Assembly: GCA_965215195.1 (NCBI GenBank)
Contig: CBDCDC010000002.1
Span: 96,001 to 160,000, forward strand
Reading direction: 5' to 3'
DNA length: 64,000 nt
Source: Candidatus Latescibacterota bacterium
GTDB taxonomy: Bacteria; Latescibacterota; UBA2968; UBA8231
The translations under genes were made by a program, and so were the position numbers. Shown here piece by piece: positions 1-8,733 of the stretch (its first letter is position 1; each line of letters begins with the position of its first letter). Under the pieces are notes generated by a model. That model saw only the letters and a program-made list of their open reading frames with translations, had not been told where the DNA came from and made no database searches.

Positions 1-494
1 GCGTGATGGATAATCTCAAGGGTTAAATGGCATTCGTAGTGCAGCCCTTCGGGAACGGTCAGCGGGCGGTTGGGTTCGGTGGCGGCGTTGGGGTTGGGGA
101 CCATGAGTTGCGGAATGTCCACGACCGACTTGGAACACATCACCCGGTGGCAGTCTATATGGCCAAAGTAATAATCGAGAAACGCCTCGCTGTGCTGCTC
201 AATGCGCTGGCGCAGCAAGGGGTCGGTTACGTTGTCCGCGGTCATGGCATGGCGGCCCAAGGCGATGCCGTGAAATTCCACGGGCAACCAGCCGGTTTCG
301 TGCGCGTACAGCTCTACCCAAGTGTGGCCGAAGATGGGGTTGTCGTACGTGCTAATGCCATAGCGATCTGGTCCTTGCGGCGCGACAGCTAAGCCACCGG
401 TCACCTCGCGGGCCGGAATGCCCAGCAGACGGCACAGGGCCATGTAGGTGCGGCTCAGGGTAATGCAGTGGCCGCTGTCGTCGCGGAGCGTCAT
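1..494 (-). CDS. Transglutaminase-like domain protein, C-terminal part (runs off the window edge, probably 5'-truncated)
   Basis: Not in the ORF track. Manual translation gives MTLRDDSGHCITLSRTYMALCRLLGIPAREVTG...GHTWVELY...GWLPVEF, the Cys-His-acid transglutaminase core motifs. Confidence 0.75.
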   Translation of the reverse strand, partial: MTLRDDSGHCITLSRTYMALCRLLGIPAREVTGGLAVAPQGPDRYGISTYDNPIFGHTWVELYAHETGWLPVEFHGIALGRHAMTADNVTDPLLRQRIEQHSEAFLDYYFGHIDCHRVMCSKSVVDIPQLMVPNPNAATEPNRPLTVPEGLHYECHLTLEIIHH

Positions 495-501
495 GGCCGT
501 G

Positions 502-1139
502 CTACACGCTAGGCACCGGCCCGGCCGACGGATGGAACGGAGGCACATCGGCCAGCAGGAACGCGCTGCGGTGGGGCCGCTGCTGGGCGAAGTGTTCGGC
601 GAGGTATTCGTCAAAGCGGCCGGCTTGCCTCGGGAAGTAATCGGGCAGGCGAATGGGGCTGGAGTAGGTGGGCAGGTTGTACGCCGCGTCTATAAAGGCG
701 ATGTCGATGCCTTCCAAGGCGGCCGTGAGCCGCAGCGTGGGTCGCAAGTCGGCGATGAGCAAGGAGGGCTGCACTTGGCGCACCAGGGCTCGCTCGGCCT
801 CGACGCAGCGCCTGATCCACTCGTCGTCGTAGTATTCGTACTCGCCCCGGGCTACGTATTCGTCCATGCGCTGTTGCGGCATGGTTTCGATGTCGTAGAG
901 CGCGAAGCCTTCGTCCGCAATTGCGGCCCCCGCCCGGCGAAGACGACCTCGTACCCGCGCTGGCGCAGCGCACGTGCGACCACGAGCGGGCGAATCACGT
1001 GGGCCAAACTGTAGCCGTGACAGAACACGAGGAGGCGATGCTGGTTGCGCTGGAGGGCTGCCGCCCGCTCCGTTTTGGCCAGAAAGGCGTTCCAAACGGT
1101 CAACCAATCCCACAGCTTTTTGTTCAATTGTGCTAGCAT
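502..1139 (-). pseudogene. GT-B glycosyltransferase N-terminal half, frameshifted near 922 and truncated
   Basis: ORF 852..1139 gives LLVFCHGYSLAHVIRPLVVARALRQRGYEVVFAG. The homology continues in the frame of ORF 502..1158 (IADEGF...QVQPSLLIADLRP) and stops before a C-terminal nucleotide-sugar domain. Confidence 0.7.
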
Positions 1140-1191
1140 GGCGTTCTGCTTTCACCAAGGGGTGCAGGGTATTGCTTCTGCTAGCATTACT

Positions 1192-1207
1192 TGCAATTGT
1201 CGTGCCA
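1192..1207 (-). promoter_or_regulatory. sigma-54 -24/-12 promoter
   Basis: The minus strand reads TGGCAC-GACAA-TTGCA, matching the TGGCAC-N5-TTGCW consensus, about 50 bp upstream of the GT start. Confidence 0.85.
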
Positions 1208-1331
1208 GTCGTGGGCCAGCGGGGTGCAAACGGGCCGCTAAAAGTGATCTAAGTATCTGTTAGATAAGGGATTGTGAAAGTAACGAAAATTTTGTCGAGC
1301 CTTTTGCTGCGACTGCTTGCTCCTGTGAAAG

Positions 1332-1390
1332 TGCGATAATATAGCGCATAAATGCGTCGAATTATCGCGCTAATGCGATTAATCATCGCA
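1332..1390. promoter_or_regulatory. Three 17-bp palindromic boxes TGCG-N9-CGCA at 21-bp period; putative bEBP enhancer (UAS)
   Basis: TGCGATAATATAGCGCA (1332), TGCGTCGAATTATCGCG (1353) and TGCGATTAATCATCGCA (1374), 125-183 bp upstream of the sigma-54 promoter. Confidence 0.7.
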
Positions 1391-1458
1391 CGGGTGCGGT
1401 GGGCAGGCTCTGCTTACTGGAACGGTGCTGATGCCTGTGAGGCGGCGTTTGACGATTA

Positions 1459-1692
1459 ACTCCCGAAGAACGTCTGGCTAGGCTCAAGGGCGTTTACGAG
1501 CATCTAGCGACGCAGGCCCATATTAGCGAAGTCAAAGCCGAAGTTGGCGGAGTCAAAGTCGAAGTTGCCCGATTAGAGGGAGAGCTCAAAGCCGAAATTG
1601 CCAACCTCAAAGGCAGTTTTCGAACTTTGCTTATTGCACTATCTGCTGGTTTAGCTCTACTCAATATCATTTTGCGGTTCTGGTCTTCGTAA
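1459..1692 (+). pseudogene. DUF1640/CCDC90-like short coiled-coil protein with C-terminal TM helix; no start codon
   Basis: Reads TPEERLARLKGVYEHLATQAHISEVKAEV...LKAEIANLKGSFRTLLIALSAGLALLNIILRFWSS*. An in-frame TGA lies just upstream with no start codon in between. Confidence 0.55.
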
Positions 1693-1774
1693 TTTCGTTG
1701 ATGCGGTCGGCCGCGGAAACGGGCAGCCCGTCTATGAGCTGCCCGTTTCTGCTGCATTGCCTATTAAAGTTGAA

Positions 1775-2626
1775 TCACGTGGCATCAAATAGAAACAGAA
1801 CCGGCGCGTCATTAGGCGCGAAGGCTTCTACAAGACGCCATATATCTTGTCCTCGAATCCAGACGAGTCGCACGAAAAACGGATGGCGCACCGGCTCTGC
1901 AAAGCCAGCGAACTCCGCAGGCTCTTCGGCGATGAACGTGAACTCGGCCGCTACCCACTGCCCGCCCAACTTTAGTCCTTCCTCAATATCGCCTCTCAGT
2001 TCGGGAGACCACTCCGTATAGCGCATGGGGAGCAGGCCGCGGGTCTGAGCGTAGTCCCGATAGCTCTCGTAATAGTCGCCTTGCAGCTCGAACACTCGGT
2101 ACGCGCTGTCGAAAAAGGAGACCTTGTCAAAGCAGTAATCGCGCCTGTTCATGTGGAATTCGTCCCTCTTTACGTTGAGGCTGAACCTGTGCATGGCTTT
2201 GAAGAGGTCAAAAGGCGTCGCGTCAACGGGTAACTCGGGCATCTGTCTGTATCCCATGGTCTGTAGCTGCTGGGCGGTTAAGGGGCCACCCAGTTTAATG
2301 GCTGCAAGTTGCCTTTTTAGCTCTGCGATTCCTTCGGCATTGACGCCTCCGCGCAGGTAAAATTCGGCCGCGAGGCTGTCGTTGCCGGAGGCGGAGAAGG
2401 CGACTAAGAAGTCGTAGAGCCAAGCGCGCAGGTCGGCTTCTTGCGCGGGGGTGATGGAAAGGTCCGCCTCGACGGGGATGGCCTCGACGGCCTGTTGCAA
2501 TTGGTCGCCGGCCTCGATCTTGATCGTCGGGTGCCTGTCGGCATCGGGTGCGCCTCTAGGGACGGCAGCAGCCGTGCCAATGGCGAACCAAGCGGCGATT
2601 AGGGCGAAAATGGCTACGGGTTTCAT
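1775..2626 (-). CDS. Secreted hypothetical protein (paralogue of 2659..3456)
   Basis: Signal peptide MKPVAIFALIAAWFAIGTAAA, GAGGAGG RBS, and a block shared with its neighbour. Confidence 0.8.
   Translation of the reverse strand: MKPVAIFALIAAWFAIGTAAAVPRGAPDADRHPTIKIEAGDQLQQAVEAIPVEADLSITPAQEADLRAWLYDFLVAFSASGNDSLAAEFYLRGGVNAEGIAELKRQLAAIKLGGPLTAQQLQTMGYRQMPELPVDATPFDLFKAMHRFSLNVKRDEFHMNRRDYCFDKVSFFDSAYRVFELQGDYYESYRDYAQTRGLLPMRYTEWSPELRGDIEEGLKLGGQWVAAEFTFIAEEPAEFAGFAEPVRHPFFVRLVWIRGQDIWRLVEAFAPNDAPVLFLFDAT
2350..2457. repeat. About 108-bp near-identical direct repeat, copy 1 (copy 2 at 3132..3239)
   Basis: cgcgcaggtaaaattcggccgcgaggctgtcgttgccggaggcggagaaggcgactaagaagtcgtagagcca...gggggtgatgg occurs in both paralogues with about 2 mismatches. 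Confidence 0.9.
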
Positions 2627-2658
2627 GGTATCCTCCTCGGGTGGATGGTTAGGGGCCG

Positions 2659-3456
2659 TTATATGGCCGAGAAAAGGAACGAATGCGGCAGTTTGGCGTT
2701 ATAGACGACCTCGACAAAGCGCCACATCGCCCGCTCCGAATCCCAAACTAGTCGGCAAAAGAAGGGGGTGCAGACTGGCTCGGCCGAACCAGCCGATTCG
2801 GTCGGCTCTTGGGTGACAAATGCGACGTCGGTGAAAATCCGCTTCTCGCCCGCCCGCAGTGCCGCCTCAATCTCTTGCTGCAATTTGAACCTCGCCTTGA
2901 CCACGTTCCTCGGATGCGACCGATAGCGCTCGTAGCGGCCCTGCATCTCGAACACCTTGAACGTGCTGTGGCGAAAGAAGGCATTGCCAAAGCGGTAGTC
3001 ATAGCCTTGGTCGTCGAGTATGGCGCGGTGCATGGCTTGGAACAGGGCAAAGGGGGTGTCGCCTTTGGGGATGCCCCAACTCTCCAAGGTCTTCTGCATG
3101 TTCTTCAAGGCCGTGGGGTTGTTGACGCCCTCGCGCAGGTAAAATTCGGCCGCGAGGCTGTCGTTGCCGGAGGCGGAGAAGGCGACTAAGAAGTCGTAGA
3201 GCCAGTCGCGCAGGTCGGCTTCTTGCGCGGGGGTGATGGGGACGCCGGTGGCGATGGGGATGGCCTCAATGGCCTGCCACAGCTTGGGACCGGCCTTGAC
3301 CTCGATCTTCTCCACGGTGTGGGTATAGTCCAGCAAGCCTTGGAGTTTGTCGAGGCGGGGATCAAAGCCGCCGTGCGGGTACTTGGTCTCGACGGCCGCT
3401 GCGCTGGAGACGGCGATCAGCGCGAGAGATAGGATGCCAATGGCTAAGCGTTGCAT
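2659..3456 (-). CDS. Secreted hypothetical protein (paralogue of 1775..2626)
   Basis: Signal peptide MQRLAIGILSLALIAVSSAAA, AGGAGG RBS, shared WLYDFLVAFSASGNDSLAAEFYLR and PFFxRLVW motifs. Confidence 0.8.
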   Translation of the reverse strand: MQRLAIGILSLALIAVSSAAAVETKYPHGGFDPRLDKLQGLLDYTHTVEKIEVKAGPKLWQAIEAIPIATGVPITPAQEADLRDWLYDFLVAFSASGNDSLAAEFYLREGVNNPTALKNMQKTLESWGIPKGDTPFALFQAMHRAILDDQGYDYRFGNAFFRHSTFKVFEMQGRYERYRSHPRNVVKARFKLQQEIEAALRAGEKRIFTDVAFVTQEPTESAGSAEPVCTPFFCRLVWDSERAMWRFVEVVYNAKLPHSFLFSAI

Positions 3457-3505
3457 GATGCCCTCCTTGTGGAAGAGTGTGGGTTGTCGCTTCGATGAGG
3501 GCTAT

Positions 3506-3521
3506 TGCAACTATCGTGCCA
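3506..3521 (-). promoter_or_regulatory. sigma-54 -24/-12 promoter
   Basis: The minus strand reads TGGCAC-GATAG-TTGCA, about 50 bp upstream of the 3456 start. Confidence 0.85.
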
Positions 3522-3667
3522 AAGGAGGGACCAGCGGCTGCCAATCGCGCCGCTTGTTTGATTATTACTACATAACTGCCTGCTAAATAATACTTTATGA
3601 ACGTAAGGCGGTTTTTTATTTGTCTCTCAAATTCTTTTCAGCGGCCATTTGGGCGATCTACTCACTG

Positions 3668-3705
3668 TGCGTCAGCGGACAGCAGGTGTTCGCCAGCGGA
3701 CAGTA
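3668..3705. promoter_or_regulatory. Two 17-bp boxes at 21-bp period; putative enhancer for the 3506 promoter
   Basis: TGCGTCAGCGGACAGCA and TTCGCCAGCGGACAGTA, with the same spacing and similar distance as the 1332-1390 boxes. Confidence 0.5.
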
Positions 3706-3716
3706 GGAGAGCGCCT

Positions 3717-5120
3717 TCAGGGCCAGCGGCTGTACTGGCTCACGTCGATGTTGAACTGCTTGATCTTGCGCTGTAAGTTGCGCCGCCCCAACTGGATCTG
3801 CTGAGCAGCGTGGCTGATGTTGCCGCCGGTTTTCTCTAGGGCGTCGCGGATGAACTGCTCCTCAAAGCGCTGGCGCGCCTCGTGGAAGAGCGAGTCGGGC
3901 CGCTCCACCGCTTCGGCTTCTGCCGCGACTGGCTCATCCTGACGGCCGGTGTTCTCTACGATAGTCGCCGGCAGATCCTCCACCTCGATTTCCCGTCCTT
4001 TGGCAAGGGCTAGGGCGCGCATGAGCGCGTTTTCCATTTCGCGCACATTGCCCGGCCAGTCGTAGGCTTCGAGACACTCTAGGGCCTCCTTGCTGACCCC
4101 TTGTATCTGCTTGTTGAAGCGGTCGTTGAGGCGGTCGATAAAGAAGTGGCAGAACAAGGGGATGTCGCCCTTGCGCTGGCGCAGCGGCGGCACCTCAATG
4201 GTGACCGCGTTGAGGCGGTAGAACAAATCCTCGCGGAACTGGCCCGCGGCCACGGCCTCGGTCAAATTGCGGTTGGTCGCAGACAGGACGCGCACATCCA
4301 CCTTGTGAGTCTCGGTCGATCCCACCATCTCGAACTCCCCTTCCTGCAACACGCGCAACAGCCGGGTTTGCAAGCCCACCTCCATGTCGCCGATTTCGTC
4401 GAGGAACAGGGTGCCGCCGTCGGCTTCCATAAAGCGCCCCTTGCGGTTGCGCACCGCGCTGGTGAAAGCGCCTTTTACGTGCCCGAACAATTCGCTCTCT
4501 AGTACGCCCGGGTTCAAGGCCGCGCAGTTACAGCGCACAAAGGGGCCGGCCGCCCGGTCGCTGGCGCGGTGGATGGCCGCGGCCACGAGCTCCTTGCCGG
4601 TGCCGCTCTCGCCGCAGATTAGCACCGGCAGGGGGGTGGAAGCCACGTCTTGGACCAGCCGGTAGATTTGCCGCATCTGCTCGGTCTCGCCGACCATGCC
4701 CAACCCGGTGCCCTGTGCTTGGCGCAGGCGCTCGTTTTCGGCCCGCAGCTTTTGCAACTCGCGGATGTTGTTGATGTGGCTGAGGATTTCTTCGGCGTTA
4801 AAGGGCTTTGCCAGATACCCATAGGCGCCCAGCTTGACGGTTTCTACCGCGCTTTGGACATCTGCATACGCCGTTAAGATGAGCACTTCCTCGGGCCGCT
4901 GGCGCACGTTGAGCTGCCGCAGAAATTCGAGGCCGCTCATCTCGGGCATGTGCAAGTCGAGCAGGATGATGTCGAAGGACTCGTCGCGTAGGAGCGCGAG
5001 GGCCTCGCGCGCGTCTGAGCGGGTTTCCACCGCAAAGCCCTCGCGCCGCAAGATGCTGCTCGACAGCTTGAGCAGGTCCTGCTCGTCGTCGATCATGAGT
5101 ATTTTGCCGTCGTGGGCCAT
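3717..5120 (-). CDS. sigma-54-dependent response regulator (NtrC/AtoC/ZraR family)
   Basis: REC domain, GESGTGKE Walker A, GAFTSA loop, LFLDEIG, WPGNVRE and a Fis-type HTH. Confidence 0.95.
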   Translation of the reverse strand: MAHDGKILMIDDEQDLLKLSSSILRREGFAVETRSDAREALALLRDESFDIILLDLHMPEMSGLEFLRQLNVRQRPEEVLILTAYADVQSAVETVKLGAYGYLAKPFNAEEILSHINNIRELQKLRAENERLRQAQGTGLGMVGETEQMRQIYRLVQDVASTPLPVLICGESGTGKELVAAAIHRASDRAAGPFVRCNCAALNPGVLESELFGHVKGAFTSAVRNRKGRFMEADGGTLFLDEIGDMEVGLQTRLLRVLQEGEFEMVGSTETHKVDVRVLSATNRNLTEAVAAGQFREDLFYRLNAVTIEVPPLRQRKGDIPLFCHFFIDRLNDRFNKQIQGVSKEALECLEAYDWPGNVREMENALMRALALAKGREIEVEDLPATIVENTGRQDEPVAAEAEAVERPDSLFHEARQRFEEQFIRDALEKTGGNISHAAQQIQLGRRNLQRKIKQFNIDVSQYSRWP

Positions 5121-5123
5121 GTC

Positions 5124-7247
5124 TTATGCCTTTTCCTTTCTATGGTAAGGCAGCAAGAGCGCAAAGCAAGTGCCCTTGCCAACGCGGCTTGCAACCTCTA
5201 TGTGGCCGCCGATTTCCCGTAGCTGGCGCTGGGCAATGGCCAGCCCCAAGCCCGTGCCCTTCCCCGGGGCTTTGGTAGAAAAGAACGGCTCAAATATGCG
5301 GGAGAGTTGGGTTGGATCAATGCCGGTGCCAGTGTCGCAGATTTTTATGGCGACGCCCTTTTGCTCCGGGCGGGTGCTCACCTGCAAGCGGCCGCCTTGG
5401 GGCATGGCTTGGAAGGCGTTGCGGATGATGTTGAGGTAGATGTCCTTGAGCATGTCGCGGTTTATGAGCACGGCTGGCACCGGCTCAAACTGCCGCTCAA
5501 TCGAGATGCCGAGGTGCTCGGCGTGCTTGGTCTCCAAGTCGAGTAGCTGCTCGAGTACCTCGGTCGCGTCGATCCGCTCCACTAGGTGCTGGGCCGGTCG
5601 TGCAAAGTCGAGCAGGCTGCCGACGCGCTCGTTTATGCGGCGGATGGCATCGCGCATCATCTGCAAGGTCTCGTCGCGCTCTTTTTCTTCTTCGGGACCC
5701 AACCGAGGCAGCAGGTCGCAGATGTTCTGCACAATGGCGAGGGGGTTTTTGATTTCGTGCGCTACGCCAGCGGCTACCTCCCCGAGTGCCGATAGTTTTT
5801 CAGCCTGCATGTAGTGCAGTTCGAGCAGGTGCTGCTGGGTCTGATCTTCAATCACGACCAAGACTTGGCCGCGATGGCCCGCGCTCAGCTCGGCCTTGCG
5901 CAGGTTCCAGTAGTGCATAAGGCCCTCGGCGTCCTCGATTGCGAGGTTATCTACGACTTGCAGATTCGGGTGGGCTTTTAGCCAAGCGCGTATTTGGGCC
6001 CCGGCGTGGGTCGCATCCAATGCGGCGGCCCGTTCCGGCAGCAGCAATTTGGCCCACGCTTTGTTGCTCTGCACGATGCGGTACTCGGCGTTGAGCACGG
6101 CAATGGCGAGGGGGTTGTCCTCGATCAGGTGGCGCTGCAAGTCCAAGGTGCTTTCCAAGTCCCGCTGGCGCTCGGCTAGCGTTTGGTCCATCTCGACAAA
6201 AGCATCGGCTAGCTCTCCGATCTCGTCTCGGCGCGTAACGGGCGTTCCTAAGAGGGGATAGCCGTCCCGGCGGCGACGCACCGCGTGCGTGAGCAAGACG
6301 AGCGGTGCGACGACCGCGTTGCGCGTCAAGCCGCCCAAAATCAGGGCCCCTAATGCAGAAAGCACGCTGATCGCATAGAGGGAGTACAGCACGAGCGTGT
6401 ACGGGGCATAGGCCTCGTCTGCGCGCTGTTCAATGGCGACGATCCAGCTCCAGTCGCGCACGGGAGCAAAACTCGTGATCCACTGCGCGCCCCCTACATC
6501 GCGCCACAAGAGGGCCCCCGCCGGGCCGCGCATGGCCTCTAGGTGCGGGTGATTTCGCCACGTGTAGAAGGACTGGCGCATGGGCCGCGCCAGATAGCGC
6601 CCATCGTCGGCGTGGAGCAAGAGCGCGTGGCCGGTCCGGCCGATGCGGATGAGATTTATCTTTTGCCACACTCGGTGAAAGTCGAGGCGAGCTATTAGGG
6701 CTTGTTGAGGAGGCTGGCCATCCCGTTCCACCGGCAGGGCGACAAAGATCTTGGGCGTCTCTTTGAATGTTTCGATCAGGGCAACATATAAGCGGCCTGC
6801 TGCGGCCTGCTCCCAAGTCGCGTCCCAGTCGTAGGAAGCAGGCAGCGCAACCGACGTGCTCGCGGCCTGTATTTGGTTGTAGGCGTCCGCTAAGTAGAGC
6901 TCTTCTAGCTCGCTAGAGGCGAGTGCGGCCTTTTTGAGCAAAGCGGGCAAATCCTGCGGCTCGGTTCCCACATCTCGTGCCACGTATTTCAATTCAGAGA
7001 CTATTGGGGAAAAGATGTGGGCGATTTCCTCGGCCGTGCGGTGCGCCATTTCGCGGCGGCTGTCCAGCACGGCCTCTTCTAAGGCATCGCGGGCCGCGTT
7101 CAATACGACGAGATCGACCAGCAACACGGGCATCAGCCCCAAGGCGAGGTAATAGCCCAGCAGGCGCAGCCACAGCCGTTGCCTTTTACCGCGCCAGCCT
7201 TTGAGCTTTGCGGCCCTGATCATCCGTCGTACATGCCGCGCAACCAT
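5124..7247 (-). CDS. Membrane sensor histidine kinase (dCache-HAMP-PAS-HisKA-HATPase)
   Basis: Two TM segments, AHEIKNPL H-box, NIIRNA, DTGTGI and GTGLGL boxes. Confidence 0.95.
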   Translation of the reverse strand: MVARHVRRMIRAAKLKGWRGKRQRLWLRLLGYYLALGLMPVLLVDLVVLNAARDALEEAVLDSRREMAHRTAEEIAHIFSPIVSELKYVARDVGTEPQDLPALLKKAALASSELEELYLADAYNQIQAASTSVALPASYDWDATWEQAAAGRLYVALIETFKETPKIFVALPVERDGQPPQQALIARLDFHRVWQKINLIRIGRTGHALLLHADDGRYLARPMRQSFYTWRNHPHLEAMRGPAGALLWRDVGGAQWITSFAPVRDWSWIVAIEQRADEAYAPYTLVLYSLYAISVLSALGALILGGLTRNAVVAPLVLLTHAVRRRRDGYPLLGTPVTRRDEIGELADAFVEMDQTLAERQRDLESTLDLQRHLIEDNPLAIAVLNAEYRIVQSNKAWAKLLLPERAAALDATHAGAQIRAWLKAHPNLQVVDNLAIEDAEGLMHYWNLRKAELSAGHRGQVLVVIEDQTQQHLLELHYMQAEKLSALGEVAAGVAHEIKNPLAIVQNICDLLPRLGPEEEKERDETLQMMRDAIRRINERVGSLLDFARPAQHLVERIDATEVLEQLLDLETKHAEHLGISIERQFEPVPAVLINRDMLKDIYLNIIRNAFQAMPQGGRLQVSTRPEQKGVAIKICDTGTGIDPTQLSRIFEPFFSTKAPGKGTGLGLAIAQRQLREIGGHIEVASRVGKGTCFALLLPYHRKEKA

Positions 7248-7265
7248 GAAAACCTCGCTCTGCCT

Positions 7266-8036
7266 TCAGCGGCCGACGACCGCGGTCGAGAAGGTGAGGA
7301 TGCCGAAATGGGTGGCGCGGTGGAAGTCGGCTTGGGGCGTGCCGGTATCGGACCACAGCCCAAATTGGCCTTGGTAGCCCTTGGTGCGGTTGAGTCCGGC
7401 GCGCCATTGGTCGCCGTCCTGCGGCGGGATCTGCCCACCCAAGTGGCGGAAGTTGTCGTGGGGGATGGCGATTTCGAGGATCCAGCTTTGGTCAATGTCC
7501 GAGTGGTCGTTGAGGGTGCCGTCGTAGGTCGTGGCCATGACGACGCCCTCGCTTTGCCAAGACGGATGAATGGCCTTGGTGCGCTCCTTGCCGCCGCGGA
7601 AGGCGATGTAGTCGAGCAGGGTGCCGTTGATGTTCATCTCATAGCCATAGTAGTTGCCGGGGACGGCCGCGTTGGGCGCGGCGAAAATCTCGACAGCGTC
7701 CTCTTGGTACACCGGCCCATCGTGCGCGGTTACTTCGGCATGGAGATACGGATCGACGCACTCGTAGATGATGTAGAGGTTGTCGTCGTCCCACAGCAAG
7801 CGGGCGGTCGTGGATTGCGGTTCCTCTTTTTCGAGGTCGCTCCAAGGCATGACAAAGGCGATGGGCGCGGCGCGCTGCCAGTCGGCCTCATATAGGCGGC
7901 CATCGACTTGGATCCCCTCGTTGGTGCGGAGGACTTGGTAGGTGGGCAGCTCAGCGGGCGGAGCTTGGAAGCGGGTGGTCTCTTGGGTGCTGGCCGGGCC
8001 AGCGAGGGCGAGGGCGAAGAGCAGACTGTAGAGCAT
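7266..8036 (-). CDS. Secreted CBM9-like (carbohydrate-binding family 9-like) protein
   Basis: Signal peptide MLYSLLFALALAG, IQVDGRLYEADW, LWDDDNLYI, DAVEIF, WILEIAIP. Confidence 0.8.
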   Translation of the reverse strand: MLYSLLFALALAGPASTQETTRFQAPPAELPTYQVLRTNEGIQVDGRLYEADWQRAAPIAFVMPWSDLEKEEPQSTTARLLWDDDNLYIIYECVDPYLHAEVTAHDGPVYQEDAVEIFAAPNAAVPGNYYGYEMNINGTLLDYIAFRGGKERTKAIHPSWQSEGVVMATTYDGTLNDHSDIDQSWILEIAIPHDNFRHLGGQIPPQDGDQWRAGLNRTKGYQGQFGLWSDTGTPQADFHRATHFGILTFSTAVVGR

Positions 8037-8062
8037 GGTCAATCCTTTCGGTGGAGATGGGG

Positions 8063-8563
8063 TCAATCGCGGCGCAGGGAAGGGGTCTCGCCGCGGGAGA
8101 ACGCCTTGGCGAGCTGGTCGCAGCGCTCGTTGTTGGGGTCGCCGGCGTGGCCTTGGGTGTGTCGCCATTGGACGGCGGGCGTGTTGAGCCGGTCCAAGGC
8201 GCACCACAGGTCTTGGTTGAGCACGGGCTTTTTGGCAGCCGTGCGCCAGCCCCGCTTTTTCCAGCCGCGTATCCACGCGGTGATGCCTTGGCGCAGATAC
8301 TGGCTGTCGGTGATGAGGACAATGGCGCAGCCGGCCGTCGCGCCCATTGGGTCCGGTGAGGCAGCGGCGCGGAGGCCCTCAATGGCCGCTTGCAGCTCCA
8401 TGCGGTTGTTGGTCGTCTGCGGGGCAGAGCCGCCCAGCTCCAAGACGCGGCCGTCGCCGTAGAGCAGCCGCGCCGCCCAGCCGCCCGGTCCCGGATTGCC
8501 AGCGCAGGCGCCGTCGGTGAAAATGGTCAGCGTGTTCGAGGGATTGGTTTGCTGTTGTAGCAC
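8063..8563 (-). CDS. rnhA: Ribonuclease HI
   Basis: [38 protein letters not shown]. Confidence 0.95.
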   Translation of the reverse strand: MLQQQTNPSNTLTIFTDGACAGNPGPGGWAARLLYGDGRVLELGGSAPQTTNNRMELQAAIEGLRAAASPDPMGATAGCAIVLITDSQYLRQGITAWIRGWKKRGWRTAAKKPVLNQDLWCALDRLNTPAVQWRHTQGHAGDPNNERCDQLAKAFSRGETPSLRRD

Positions 8564-8733
8564 AGGGATTGCCTTTATTTAAGAATGAGCCGCTAGTTTG
8601 GCTACGATAAAACATGGCGCGAGCAAGGGCAATTGAGGTGGGTATTGGCGGTGCTCTGCCGGTCCGATTTGTGCCCAAAGTGATTGCTTTTACATTAGGG
8701 CTTCCCATACTTGAACCTTAGAAAGAAAATGCA

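Noticed and set aside
2350-3239. Diversity-generating retroelement TR/VR pair
   Set aside because: Both copies lie mid-gene in coding paralogues, the few mismatches are not adenine-specific, and there is no RT.
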